Shown piece after piece: positions 46,901 to 55,529 of a stretch of 60,448 nt of DNA. Positions within the stretch are counted from its first letter, which is position 1. Each line of letters opens with the position of its first letter. Both the position numbers and the translations under genes were made by a program. Where the stretch lies: positions 1-60,448 of the IMG/VR virus record IMGVR_UViG_3300025099_000002; one strand, given 5' to 3'. Source of the DNA: a virus. Taxonomy: Duplodnaviria; Caudoviricetes. The notes below the pieces were generated by a model. It ran no database searches and was not told where the DNA came from. It was given only the letters and a program-made list of their open reading frames with translations.

Positions 46901-48077
46901 GTCTAGTTATTCCGTACCCTATACCAAAACCTAGAACACTACTACCTCCAGCTATAGAACCCTGTAAGAGGCTATACCCTTCAGGCTGTCTTCCAGCTAA
47001 TATTTGCGCTTTTTGATAAGCAGCATCCGTACCCACTCCTATTGACATATCGTATGTACCCCAAACAGCAGCAGCTTTTAGTGCTTTCTTTTTAGTTGTA
47101 TCAACTACGGTATTTACAGCAAACCGTTCCACTTCTTTAGCTGTTTCTCTTTTCATAACTACTTGACCTGCTCTAGTAGCTAACCATTGTTTGCCTTTTT
47201 TCTTTAGGTACTTTTCCGTCACAGTTTGACGAACTAATTTACTAATCTGTGTAGAGGTTAATTTTGTACCTACTTTAGCTAATACACCTCCTATGGGAGT
47301 AGTTGCTAAAAACATAGGTATATTAATAGGGTCCAATATCATGTCTCCCATAAAATCTTTTAAGGCATCACCTCTTTCACCTAATGTAGAACCACTTCTA
47401 AATGTAGCATTAGACATATTTTCGTATAAAGTATAAGCATCTGCTACGTTTTGAAGTTTTTTTACTTGATGTTCAGGTACATTATTAATGCCACTAGATA
47501 TAGCTCCTGTTAGTTCTGTTGGAGAAGTTAAATCAATAGAAGTATCGTCCCTTCCTGAGCTAACTATATGATAGAGGTTTACTAACTCACTTACTGTAGT
47601 ATAACTCTCTCCGTTTGCAAACCCTCTCATACGGTTCATATATTTATCTACTACGTTTTTTCTAGTGTATATAGGGTTCCCTTTTGAATCTAAAGTATTT
47701 TCATTTATACCAAAAGTATCATCCATATACCTTTCAACTATGTAATAGTTATTATCATCCAATAAGTCTGAAGCAAAACGAGCATCTGTTTCTTCTATAG
47801 TAAACTTATCAGCAGGATTTATAGTAGACCTTAAGTAATCAATATCAGGGTTTGAAAAACGATTTAAGTCTGCATCACCAGTATCACTAAAAGTGTAACC
47901 TTGTCCTGCATCTGTTCTAGGAACTACGTGTGTAGAAGTATCAGCTACTTGATAACTAAGATCATCTAAAAAAGAATTAGTAGAAGAAACAGGTTCAACA
48001 CTGAGTTCTTTTTTTTCTTCTACTTCTTTTTCGGGTCGTTTAAGTAAACCAAGAGGAGGTATTCCAACAAAAGCCAT
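43938..48077 (-). CDS. Large internal virion (ejection) protein
   Basis: 1379 aa, helical, last gene of the ejection block (T7 gp16-like position). Confidence 0.65.
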   Translation of the reverse strand: MAFVGIPPLGLLKRPEKEVEEKKELSVEPVSSTNSFLDDLSYQVADTSTHVVPRTDAGQGYTFSDTGDADLNRFSNPDIDYLRSTINPADKFTIEETDARFASDLLDDNNYYIVERYMDDTFGINENTLDSKGNPIYTRKNVVDKYMNRMRGFANGESYTTVSELVNLYHIVSSGRDDTSIDLTSPTELTGAISSGINNVPEHQVKKLQNVADAYTLYENMSNATFRSGSTLGERGDALKDFMGDMILDPINIPMFLATTPIGGVLAKVGTKLTSTQISKLVRQTVTEKYLKKKGKQWLATRAGQVVMKRETAKEVERFAVNTVVDTTKKKALKAAAVWGTYDMSIGVGTDAAYQKAQILAGRQPEGYSLLQGSIAGGSSVLGFGIGYGITRHAQKRAAKRGDKVVEYELLPHQLLRGERSKGLRKLDADGNPIPIGPVKKVSGGSLPLTLHAIDSIPANRTKAVAEQNRLAIEKVNGSEFIEQITERLKDWKTRSDGWSKKVMDGTIKSFDAEGSNLMNDRAGVLFKGFLMGDADSGVRGLIKELDEMGIVVPENYRQEGYKHFTDWLTTTVKSLPDPIKKEVNEVWKSSVSSKIRGLEGTNLDEGMNVLAAQAAEQGFALNTLKQAQDALRKAAGRTPKEKVLNAIKNEVGVDAEELGSRNAFLDYIKEKVPHPIRNAAGTMSRFQANLIKSMVAHPGTTSLNLSGWTTASAMNTISDTTRAVLYGGAGIAARVGSKEMSQDMLTKSGLLFKLQVQKVRNLADPGGTQEATMNFLAANPEAKEALFRFLSGGIETDTMIKGLDIDEAFLKEFNITDELMAEILGQKPKTNFYDKYINLMQTVSGVKHQDMLSKTQEFIYQFDKQIRLNHKVTLTEFFQDDNLWKNVEGIGSNGRSYIEMQSKAVEDTLRTVFSKKYGDAQGDLVQQAANIVEDFHKVPVVGLFIPFGQFFNNTIAHMADHTGGSLLLKAMSDGIDLVSQTGGKQKVSKKVFNSQQDYGDLVAKTSAGWVLATALMYDEARNMEEDLPINADRGKDGQIRDFTYMFPLNFYRTMGRVFNYRAQGLEIPDEFKDTIIRQYGVENLTRELGKSQAQFWGGVIGMLEDDKEFGGENRKYPEGFLQSTLLELAGRFTSAGTRSADMVNMPLALLRGEDYVEYDRRNADVTNQSFLNGIRYVDQMFAAINDIAGGEDFAKRKFKPLTRENGRIPFNRLFGARYLNKQTNIEKMFAKIGRPDWKGGIKSYLPAVNNRMNEVIYDFLEKEAKVVYNSPSWNDPKNKQEDWVNMTNATITAAKKSALEFLEKTDSSDMDIKTAALYKLTKSSGIPLSELDSYMQIAGFPNKRPEELTTNQIEKVISAYKTNKFLQESQAKEARAGR

Positions 48078-48085
48078 TATTTATC

Positions 48086-49282
48086 CTATCTGTTACCTTT
48101 TATTAATTTACCATTTATAAATGCGTAAGGCACTGAGTAAGTGTTACCTCTATACATTGTACTTAATTGTTTTTCGCTATTAAAAACCCCTATTTGACTA
48201 AAAGGAGGTATGTTTGGATCGTTTTGTTTAGCTATATCGTATTGCCTACGTAACTCTGCATCATACTTAGATCTTTCAGATTTATATATAGCTACTAGCT
48301 CAGGTGCATTTTCATTATTTGAAATAACACCTGGATTAGATATTTCGTCTATTACTAATGATCTAAAAGAATTTGTAAAAGGTACATCAGGTTGATATTT
48401 AGCAAACCAAGCTTCTCGTTTTTGTTCTGCTAAATACATATCTGTAATATCATCACTTATATATGCTTTATTTAGGTCATCTCCCCATTCCGCAAAAGCC
48501 ACAAACCCAGCATCACCTTCTTTCAAACCCTTTACAGAAGGTCCTCTATTATCATAAATACGTTTTACGTTTGCTTTAACACTTGCTCTAAAAGCTGATG
48601 CATTACGAATTTTTTGATCGGGTGTATACTGTGTTGGAAATACGTTTGGATTAAATGTAAATGCATTGGTAGTTTGATCATCATAACTAGCTGTTATCGT
48701 AGGATCAGTAGAAGCTATACGTCTAATATCTCTGCCTGTGAACTCTCCTGAACCAGCAAATGGTCTGTTTAACAAGGCCTCTACGTCATATCTATTCTCT
48801 CGTTTAAAGGGTGATTTAATACCAAAAATACTAGCCAGCCTACTGTTTTCTTTATCTTCTACAGGATCAACAGGGTTGCCTCTGTACAAACCAAAATACT
48901 TATCAATAGCACTCGTAAAGTTTAAGTTTGATTCTGATGCGTCTTCTGCTATAGCATAATTTATAGAATCATTAAATGCTTCAGGTGTTATGTCGTCTCT
49001 TTTATCCACAGTTGCATATACACTAGCTAAACCGTCTAACTTACCGTGATTAAGTATGTGCATAATACTTCCAGGAGTAGCTATGCCCTTTTGAATCATT
49101 CTGGTTGCCATTTGTTTATATGCACCTGCATCCTTTTTATTTCTCTGTAAAGCAGCAAGACCATCTCCACTCAACCACGAATCTGTCTCCTTGTAATACT
49201 CTTTCATCCAATCACGATCTTCTTTTTTTATAGCAGTGTATTGTCTTGCTGCACCGCCTAAACCTGCTAAAAACAACGACAT
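48086..49282 (-). CDS. Internal virion protein
   Basis: 398 aa, N-terminal FLAGLGGA, within the ejection block. Confidence 0.5.
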   Translation of the reverse strand: MSLFLAGLGGAARQYTAIKKEDRDWMKEYYKETDSWLSGDGLAALQRNKKDAGAYKQMATRMIQKGIATPGSIMHILNHGKLDGLASVYATVDKRDDITPEAFNDSINYAIAEDASESNLNFTSAIDKYFGLYRGNPVDPVEDKENSRLASIFGIKSPFKRENRYDVEALLNRPFAGSGEFTGRDIRRIASTDPTITASYDDQTTNAFTFNPNVFPTQYTPDQKIRNASAFRASVKANVKRIYDNRGPSVKGLKEGDAGFVAFAEWGDDLNKAYISDDITDMYLAEQKREAWFAKYQPDVPFTNSFRSLVIDEISNPGVISNNENAPELVAIYKSERSKYDAELRRQYDIAKQNDPNIPPFSQIGVFNSEKQLSTMYRGNTYSVPYAFINGKLIKGNR

Positions 49283-49283
49283 A

Positions 49284-49976
49284 TTACATTACCCCTCTAC
49301 TCATTAAACCCATATTTCTGGGGTCTTCTCTTGTTTCATTTAATGTTTCTTGTGCCATTGAGGATTCTTTAATACTAGCTACAGCCTCTGCTGCTGCAGG
49401 ATCTGTATTTTGTTCTACTGTAGGTTGTTCTTCCATCGGCATACTTCTTGGGTCGTTCATATTCATTTCTCGTTGAAAAGAGTCTACTTCTTCTGAAGCT
49501 AAAGCAGAAGTAGTTTCATCAATCATACCTGTACTCATTTCAGGATTATCTTCTAAGTCTAACTTAATAGCCCTCATTATAGCTTGCTCTTGTCTTTCTT
49601 CGCTACTAGTGTCTTCGTCTTCTCCGAAGTCTTCTTTATATTCTATACCAGCTTTATCAGCTAAACCCTTTACTTCAACAAAAATAGATGGAGATATTAT
49701 TAAACCTAAATCTATACTATGTATACCTGACGCAGTGGCTGTAGTCATCATAGTTGAAACAAGAGTTTTTACAGGTATGCCTTCTTCCAGTAAGTATAAA
49801 ACAGATTCCATAGATTTAGGTTTAGCTAACTTAGATAAATGATGTTTAACACCTTCTACGGGATTAGATATTTCGTATGGATTTTCCCATGGGAAGTTTT
49901 TTGGTGTATCAGTAAGGCTATGACCTGCTGGTGCAGCATGATCAATAGGCGTTACTTCAGTTAATTTATCAACCAT
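49284..49976 (-). CDS. Virion-module protein
   Basis: APAGHSLTDTPKNFPWENP motif; acidic; C-terminal GLMSR. Confidence 0.5.
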   Translation of the reverse strand: MVDKLTEVTPIDHAAPAGHSLTDTPKNFPWENPYEISNPVEGVKHHLSKLAKPKSMESVLYLLEEGIPVKTLVSTMMTTATASGIHSIDLGLIISPSIFVEVKGLADKAGIEYKEDFGEDEDTSSEERQEQAIMRAIKLDLEDNPEMSTGMIDETTSALASEEVDSFQREMNMNDPRSMPMEEQPTVEQNTDPAAAEAVASIKESSMAQETLNETREDPRNMGLMSRGVM

Positions 49977-50783
49977 TTATTGTGTTCCTTTAACATTAAA
50001 AAAGATAGAATCATAATCAGAAAGTTTACTTTTAAACTTATCAGATGGATCATATTTATTAGGATTATTAGGAGATAATGATTTTGTTTTAGCATATTTT
50101 AATGCTCCATTAATTCCTCCTAAATGGGCTACTGCTCTAAAAGAATTAAGTTGCATATTTTTTGTTATGTCTGGGTACTTGTAGTATGCTCTGTCTATAT
50201 CTTTTATGTGCCACTCATTTACTTTATCTTGTATAGAGTCACTATTTAAGTATTGTTTTGTAGTAATTTTAGTATCATTATTTTTATTGTAGTCGGTAAT
50301 TCTGTCTTGTCCTAATTGTATTAAACCAAAATAACCTTTTTTATTATCTGCCCTATAGTTATTACTGCTTTCTTTCATAGCTAGTTTTTTAAGAAAGTCA
50401 GTTTGATCTAAGTTTCTAGGTCTTGGTGTTATACTTTTAGTAACTTCTGTATTGTTTTCTCCAAAAGAATCTTTATTATAATTGTGATGTGTTACTTGCT
50501 GTTTTAATAATTGATGTATTTCAGGTATTAAACTTTTTAAAGGTGCATTAGAGGCTACTTGAACATCTTTCTTTTTTGTTCGTGAACCCAGTCCTTCTTT
50601 AAAGCTTTTTTGAAAGTCGCTTTCTTCTGGTATATTTTCAACAGCTCTCATAGCTCTACCACCTACTTGACTATCTATTTGTGCTGCAGTAGGTTGCGTG
50701 TTCTCTGTAGAGTCTAATGTTGCGTCTATCTGTTCTAATATATTACCAACAGTACCTACGTTTTCATTATTTTGATAAGACAT
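49977..50783 (-). CDS. Virion-associated lytic transglycosylase / lysozyme-fold protein
   Basis: LAMKESSNNY.A.N..GY.GLIQ catalytic Glu-Ser and GLxQ motifs, plus AHLGG. Confidence 0.75.
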   Translation of the reverse strand: MSYQNNENVGTVGNILEQIDATLDSTENTQPTAAQIDSQVGGRAMRAVENIPEESDFQKSFKEGLGSRTKKKDVQVASNAPLKSLIPEIHQLLKQQVTHHNYNKDSFGENNTEVTKSITPRPRNLDQTDFLKKLAMKESSNNYRADNKKGYFGLIQLGQDRITDYNKNNDTKITTKQYLNSDSIQDKVNEWHIKDIDRAYYKYPDITKNMQLNSFRAVAHLGGINGALKYAKTKSLSPNNPNKYDPSDKFKSKLSDYDSIFFNVKGTQ

Positions 50784-50810
50784 GATTTATCTACAATCCT
50801 TTTATAGTAA

Positions 50811-53207
50811 TTAACCTAACAGCCAACCAAGTAAAGCACCACCTATATCACCTGCATTAGACATATTATTTTGTAACTTAACAGCTTCTACAGTTGCTTC
50901 TTTACTCATTTGAGCTAACAAAATAGCATTAATACGATCTGCGTTACTCTCACTTGATTTCCAAGCCATAGACATTACATCTCTTTCTCTCTGCCATATC
51001 TGATCCATAGTACTTTGTGTAAACGCATTCTGTGTTTTAGCTAAAGTCATGTTAGCTTCGTTTTGAGCTGCTTGATCTAGTGTAGCAATATTCTGCCTCC
51101 ATTGAGCATTAGCTTGTGCTATAACTAAAGCATTTTTACTATTAAATTCTGTTCGTTGATTTTCAGCTTGAGCATTAAATTTTGCTATTGCATTAGTTTC
51201 GCCCACATTAAACTGTTTAAGAGCATTACTTTGCGCTACATTAAATTGAGCTGTCTGTGATGTTAAACTAGCCATAAATTGATTAGTTTGATTCTCTGAT
51301 GTTGCATTAAATTGTAGTGCTGCATTCTGTGCTGCTTGATCTGATAATATAGATTGTTGCATAGCTTGAGCTTTAAACATAGAGGCTTGTTGTGTATTAG
51401 ATAAGTTAGCCATATCCATTTGCAAGAAAGCGTCAGCATTTTTAATAGCAGCTTGCTGTTGATTAGATAAGTTAGCCATATCCATAGATGCCGCAGCAGC
51501 AGCGTTTTGTAGGGTAGTAGCTTGTTTAGAGTTTAACTCTGCTAAACCTATAGTCTTCATTAACTCAGAGTTGTTTATCTTAGCTTGTTCTTGTGCTGAA
51601 AATGTCAGGTTGTTAGCTTCAGCAAACTTAGCTGCATTAAAGATAGCTGTCTGTTGTCTGTTATCTATTTGCTTTCCTTGTAATGCTGCTTCTAATTGTG
51701 CATTAACTACATAGGCTTGTTGTTTAGCGGAAAGGTTAGCTACCTCTACTTGTAGAGCATTAGAGTTATCCTGTAGTATACCTTGCTGTTTATTATTTAA
51801 GTTAATATTAGCTACCTCAGCGTAACGTGCAGCTTGTACTAAGTTAGCTTGCTGTTGGTTAGATAGGTTCTGGCCTTGTAGTGACGCTTTAATCTGTGCG
51901 TTAGCTAACATAGTTTGTTGCATATTAGTTAAGTTCTGAGACTGTAATGAAAAACTATTACTACTATTCTGTAAGGCAGCTTGTTGTTCATTATTAAGGT
52001 TCTGTAGTTGTAAACCTTGTTGTGCTGCAGCATTAGATAAAGCAACCTGTTGACGATTGTTTAAGTTCTGCAGGTTCATGTTATTAAATATCTGTGCGTC
52101 CTGTGCTGCTATGGGTAATGCTGACTCCATAGCTGCTTGGTATATAGCTGCACCAGCCATAGAACTACCGCCTAATCCACGAGCTAACATAGCTGAGTTA
52201 GCTGCTCTTATAGCTCCAGCAGCCCACGCTGGTGTGCCATCATTAAAGTCTTGCATTAGGGATGATAGTTGTCCTTGCACTGTATCTTGTGCAGTTATGC
52301 TACCTTGTGCAGCTTCAGCTAGTGTCTCATTACTAACACTAAACTTTTCTAACTTAGCTGCTACCATAGTAGAGTCTGTGCTTAGACCTGCAGAAGTAAT
52401 AGCTGAAGCCTGTGCCATATCAGCGTCAGCTATCTGAGCGGCCTGGGGTAATTCTTCTGGTTTAACTGCAGTTGACGCTGCTACTATATTATCTGGAACT
52501 TGTGCATTAGCTATGTTAGCTTGAACAGCTTTATCGTCCATGCCTTGCGCTGTAGCTAATTCATCGGAGCTGGGTTGTCTAGTACCAGCTATAACTTCTT
52601 GTATATATTGAGGATCAACATTAACTGCATCAGCTTTAGCGTCACTAGATAAAACACCAGTAGGAGCAGTTACCTGAGCTGCTTCTGAAACAGTTCCTGT
52701 AGCTCCAGCACCAGACATAGCTGCATCTGTTTTTGCTGTAGCATCAGCAACGGGTGTCATTATAGTAGCAGCTATGTTAGCTGGTGTAGCTGCAGTATCA
52801 GCAGCACCCGTAGTAGCGGCTGTAGCAGTAGAAGCAGCACCTGCTTGTCCTGTACCTTCAGCTATAAATTGATCACTGCCTGTAGCAACTTTAGCTACGT
52901 CTGCCTTAGTAGCTAACTGCGTAGGATCAGTCATAGCTTTTTCTACAAGAACATTTTTACCTTCAGTTAACTTTTTATTATATGCATCTTGTCTTGCTTT
53001 AGCTGCAGCCTGTCTTTCTGCTTCAACTCTTTTTGCTTCTTCTGCTTTTCTTTTAGCTTCTTCTTCAGCCGCTTTCTTAGCAGCAGCAGCCTCCCTAGCT
53101 TTAGTTACTTCAGCTTCTGCAGCAGTAACTGCTTCTTGAGAGTCATATTCCTTGCCTTTTAATTCAGGAAAAGTAGATGTAAATTTTTCTGGAGATGATC
53201 CACCCAT
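50811..53207 (-). CDS. A/Q/N-rich internal virion (DNA ejection/pilot) protein
   Basis: 798 aa with repeated NL(S/N)N.QQ units, a GG-rich hydrophobic segment and an N-terminal MGGSS. Confidence 0.65.
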   Translation of the reverse strand: MGGSSPEKFTSTFPELKGKEYDSQEAVTAAEAEVTKAREAAAAKKAAEEEAKRKAEEAKRVEAERQAAAKARQDAYNKKLTEGKNVLVEKAMTDPTQLATKADVAKVATGSDQFIAEGTGQAGAASTATAATTGAADTAATPANIAATIMTPVADATAKTDAAMSGAGATGTVSEAAQVTAPTGVLSSDAKADAVNVDPQYIQEVIAGTRQPSSDELATAQGMDDKAVQANIANAQVPDNIVAASTAVKPEELPQAAQIADADMAQASAITSAGLSTDSTMVAAKLEKFSVSNETLAEAAQGSITAQDTVQGQLSSLMQDFNDGTPAWAAGAIRAANSAMLARGLGGSSMAGAAIYQAAMESALPIAAQDAQIFNNMNLQNLNNRQQVALSNAAAQQGLQLQNLNNEQQAALQNSSNSFSLQSQNLTNMQQTMLANAQIKASLQGQNLSNQQQANLVQAARYAEVANINLNNKQQGILQDNSNALQVEVANLSAKQQAYVVNAQLEAALQGKQIDNRQQTAIFNAAKFAEANNLTFSAQEQAKINNSELMKTIGLAELNSKQATTLQNAAAAASMDMANLSNQQQAAIKNADAFLQMDMANLSNTQQASMFKAQAMQQSILSDQAAQNAALQFNATSENQTNQFMASLTSQTAQFNVAQSNALKQFNVGETNAIAKFNAQAENQRTEFNSKNALVIAQANAQWRQNIATLDQAAQNEANMTLAKTQNAFTQSTMDQIWQRERDVMSMAWKSSESNADRINAILLAQMSKEATVEAVKLQNNMSNAGDIGGALLGWLLG

Positions 53208-53209
53208 AA

Positions 53210-53662
53210 TTAAAAGTCCTTCTTATGTAGTCTGGCTGGTTGTTTAAATCTACGCCAGTGTACTTTAGTTTGTTTTCCGTAAAGATCCTGTTTACGTTTT
53301 CTAATGGTTTTCATCATGTGCCTCGTGTCTCCTTGCGTAGATATAAACTCGATACCCCATAATTGTTTATCTGGTGGGTTTTCAGTTTGATAGTCTACTT
53401 CCTGTAGTTCATACTTACTATTTAAAAACTTATCTGCTGTCTCTTCGTCTAACCAAGCCCAAGTAATTAATCCTACAGGTTGTTCTCCTCTATAAAAGAA
53501 CCATATTCTGTGGTACATACATGGGTACAACAAGTAGCTCTGTATTAAAGGTACGTTATACCTACGATGGTCTTTACTGTGGTTAAATAAAAACAACCCG
53601 TCTTCTATAGCTTTATGGAAATTCATTAACTGTGTTATATCATACACAGGTGTAATTGTCAA
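53210..53662 (-). CDS. RTX toxin-activating lysine acyltransferase-like protein (HlyC family)
   Basis: SKDH (HlyC SxxH), PVGLITWAWLDEE, LWGIEFISTQG (compare LWFIDWIAPFG) and WRR. Confidence 0.7.
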   Translation of the reverse strand: MTITPVYDITQLMNFHKAIEDGLFLFNHSKDHRRYNVPLIQSYLLYPCMYHRIWFFYRGEQPVGLITWAWLDEETADKFLNSKYELQEVDYQTENPPDKQLWGIEFISTQGDTRHMMKTIRKRKQDLYGKQTKVHWRRFKQPARLHKKDF

Positions 53663-53668
53663 TAAAAC

Positions 53669-54226
53669 TTAGTTGCCAACTAACGGATTATCAAGGGCTT
53701 CTTGCAATCTTCTACTTAACTTTTCTTCTAATTTAATCATACTTTCATCAATACGTTTCTCTGTATCTCGCATTGTGTCTCGTACATCTTTTTCTGTTTC
53801 TCTGTTTAGTGACTCAGTTTCTCTTATAGAGGCTGTTGTGTCTTTCTGAAGAGTATTCATAGCAGACAACATATTCTCTAGAGACGCATCAATAAGTTCT
53901 TTAGTCTTTTTAACTCGTTCTTCTGACTTCTCTACCTTATTGTCTATCTTATCTACGTAAGACTCTATGCTTAGTATGTCTTCTCTAAGGTCGTCTTTAA
54001 TGTCGCGTGTGTAATCTATAGCGTCATCCAGTTTAGACTCTATTAGTGTGTTCTTAGCTTGTATAGCGTCTGTGTCTATATTCTGTATAATCTCTTTCAT
54101 ATCCATGTAGTCTTTGTAAAACTCAAAACCACCCCATAGACCACCGCCTAATGAGCCTAGCAGAGGCAGGATAAGAAGCATCTTACCACCTTTAATCTTA
54201 GCACCTGCTACTTCTACTTCTGCCAT
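53669..54226 (-). CDS. Membrane-anchored coiled-coil protein
   Basis: N-terminal TM LLILPLLGSLGGGLWGGF, a long coiled coil and C-terminal ALDNPL. Confidence 0.65.
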   Translation of the reverse strand: MAEVEVAGAKIKGGKMLLILPLLGSLGGGLWGGFEFYKDYMDMKEIIQNIDTDAIQAKNTLIESKLDDAIDYTRDIKDDLREDILSIESYVDKIDNKVEKSEERVKKTKELIDASLENMLSAMNTLQKDTTASIRETESLNRETEKDVRDTMRDTEKRIDESMIKLEEKLSRRLQEALDNPLVGN

Positions 54227-54235
54227 GTTATATCC

Positions 54236-54652
54236 TTAGTTCTCAAATGAAAGACTTCTTAACTGCTTAATCTCTTGTTGTAACTTCATTACTTCTAGTT
54301 CTTTTTTCTGTAACTCTAGTTCGTACAGTCTGTTACAATCTATTCTTGACTTAGCTCTCTTACCTAGTGGTATAATAATTCTACTGTATACACCTATGTC
54401 ACCAGTCTTTTTATTGTCAGTAGATATTGTTCCACCTTGTATTAAACCTGTAACGCCAAACTCTAATTGTGTTGCTGAACCTATAGCGTTACTACAATCT
54501 AGTTCCCCTGCTCTAAACTTATCTGACTGATAACCCATACTAGAGTTAGGTAGTGATAAGTTTAATGAGTTAGACGTAGAGTCTGCAAAAGCTGTTATGA
54601 TACTACACCCAGAAATAAGCACTACTAATAGTATTAATGCTAGTGTTTTCAT
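54236..54652 (-). CDS. Exported protein (signal peptide, possible lipobox ISGC) with C-terminal coiled coil
   Basis: MKTLALILLVVLISGC; two further Cys; ELQKKELEVMKLQQE. Confidence 0.6.
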   Translation of the reverse strand: MKTLALILLVVLISGCSIITAFADSTSNSLNLSLPNSSMGYQSDKFRAGELDCSNAIGSATQLEFGVTGLIQGGTISTDNKKTGDIGVYSRIIIPLGKRAKSRIDCNRLYELELQKKELEVMKLQQEIKQLRSLSFEN

Positions 54653-55035
54653 TTATCTTGTTTTATCTTAGAGCATATTCTAGATGATATTAGCGTAACT
54701 TGTTCTGTACTTTTAAATACTTTAGATTCTGTACATATGTAAACTGCTTTAGCTACATCTATTGCTCTTATATATACCTCAAATAGTTTTGTTTTATTGT
54801 AACCTATCTTAATTACCTTAGACGTAGAAGCAAAAGGTAAAGCTTTCCATTTATTAGTAAAGACACCTATCTCATAATACTCTACATCGTTACGTCTATT
54901 AAATAACTTCATCTTAGCTACAAACACATTGTCTACATATGAAGGCTTTAACTTAGGGTAGGTAGGTGTCATTTCGTGTGCATTTAAAGATGTACAAAAA
55001 ACTAGACCTACAAGTAATATTATTTTGCTATACAT
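54649..55035 (-). CDS. Exported protein, possible PapD-like Ig-fold chaperone
   Basis: Signal peptide ending LNA-; mature HEMTPTYPK...MKLFN...YYEI.VF, all-beta pattern. Confidence 0.45.
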   Translation of the reverse strand: MYSKIILLVGLVFCTSLNAHEMTPTYPKLKPSYVDNVFVAKMKLFNRRNDVEYYEIGVFTNKWKALPFASTSKVIKIGYNKTKLFEVYIRAIDVAKAVYICTESKVFKSTEQVTLISSRICSKIKQDK

Positions 55036-55517
55036 TCTGCTTTTATTATGGCTGTGTAGTTACCTGCTGGTAGTGACTTTGTACTACCGTACTGTGCAGT
55101 TGACTCTACAGTAAACCATGTGCTACCTGCAAGTGTTAAGTTAAACTCAGTTACGTTGTTATATGTAACCTTAGCTGCTTCATATGCTGACATAGCTGCT
55201 ACAGATACCTGTCCTACTGCTGTACTACCTGTCCAAGCAACTGAGTCATTAAGTGTTGGGCTTGATGAAAAGCTGTTAGGATGTGTAAACCTGGCTTTGT
55301 AGTAGTCTGCCTGTGCTACATCTATTCTAATAGAAGCCTTTACGCCACCGTCTGCTGGTGTTGTAGTTAGCTTATATGGTAACGGATGTCCGTAGACACC
55401 TGCTGTTTCAGTCCAGACAGAACACTTGCTTTGTACTTGACCTTGTATTGGTGAGTCCACTGCTAATGCAGAAGACCCTGACATTAACAGTGCTGCTATT
55501 GCTAATCTTTTTATCAT
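55020..55517 (-). CDS. Exported protein, fimbrial/pilin-subunit-like
   Basis: Signal peptide ending ALA-; I.GQVQSKCSV N-strand; C-terminal LPAGNYTA.I...C. Confidence 0.5.
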   Translation of the reverse strand: MIKRLAIAALLMSGSSALAVDSPIQGQVQSKCSVWTETAGVYGHPLPYKLTTTPADGGVKASIRIDVAQADYYKARFTHPNSFSSSPTLNDSVAWTGSTAVGQVSVAAMSAYEAAKVTYNNVTEFNLTLAGSTWFTVESTAQYGSTKSLPAGNYTAIIKAECIAK

Positions 55518-55529
55518 GATATCTCCATT

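Noticed and set aside
50811-53207. RTX toxin as the HlyC substrate
   Set aside because: There are no GGxGxD nonapeptide repeats or T1SS genes; composition and position indicate an ejection protein.
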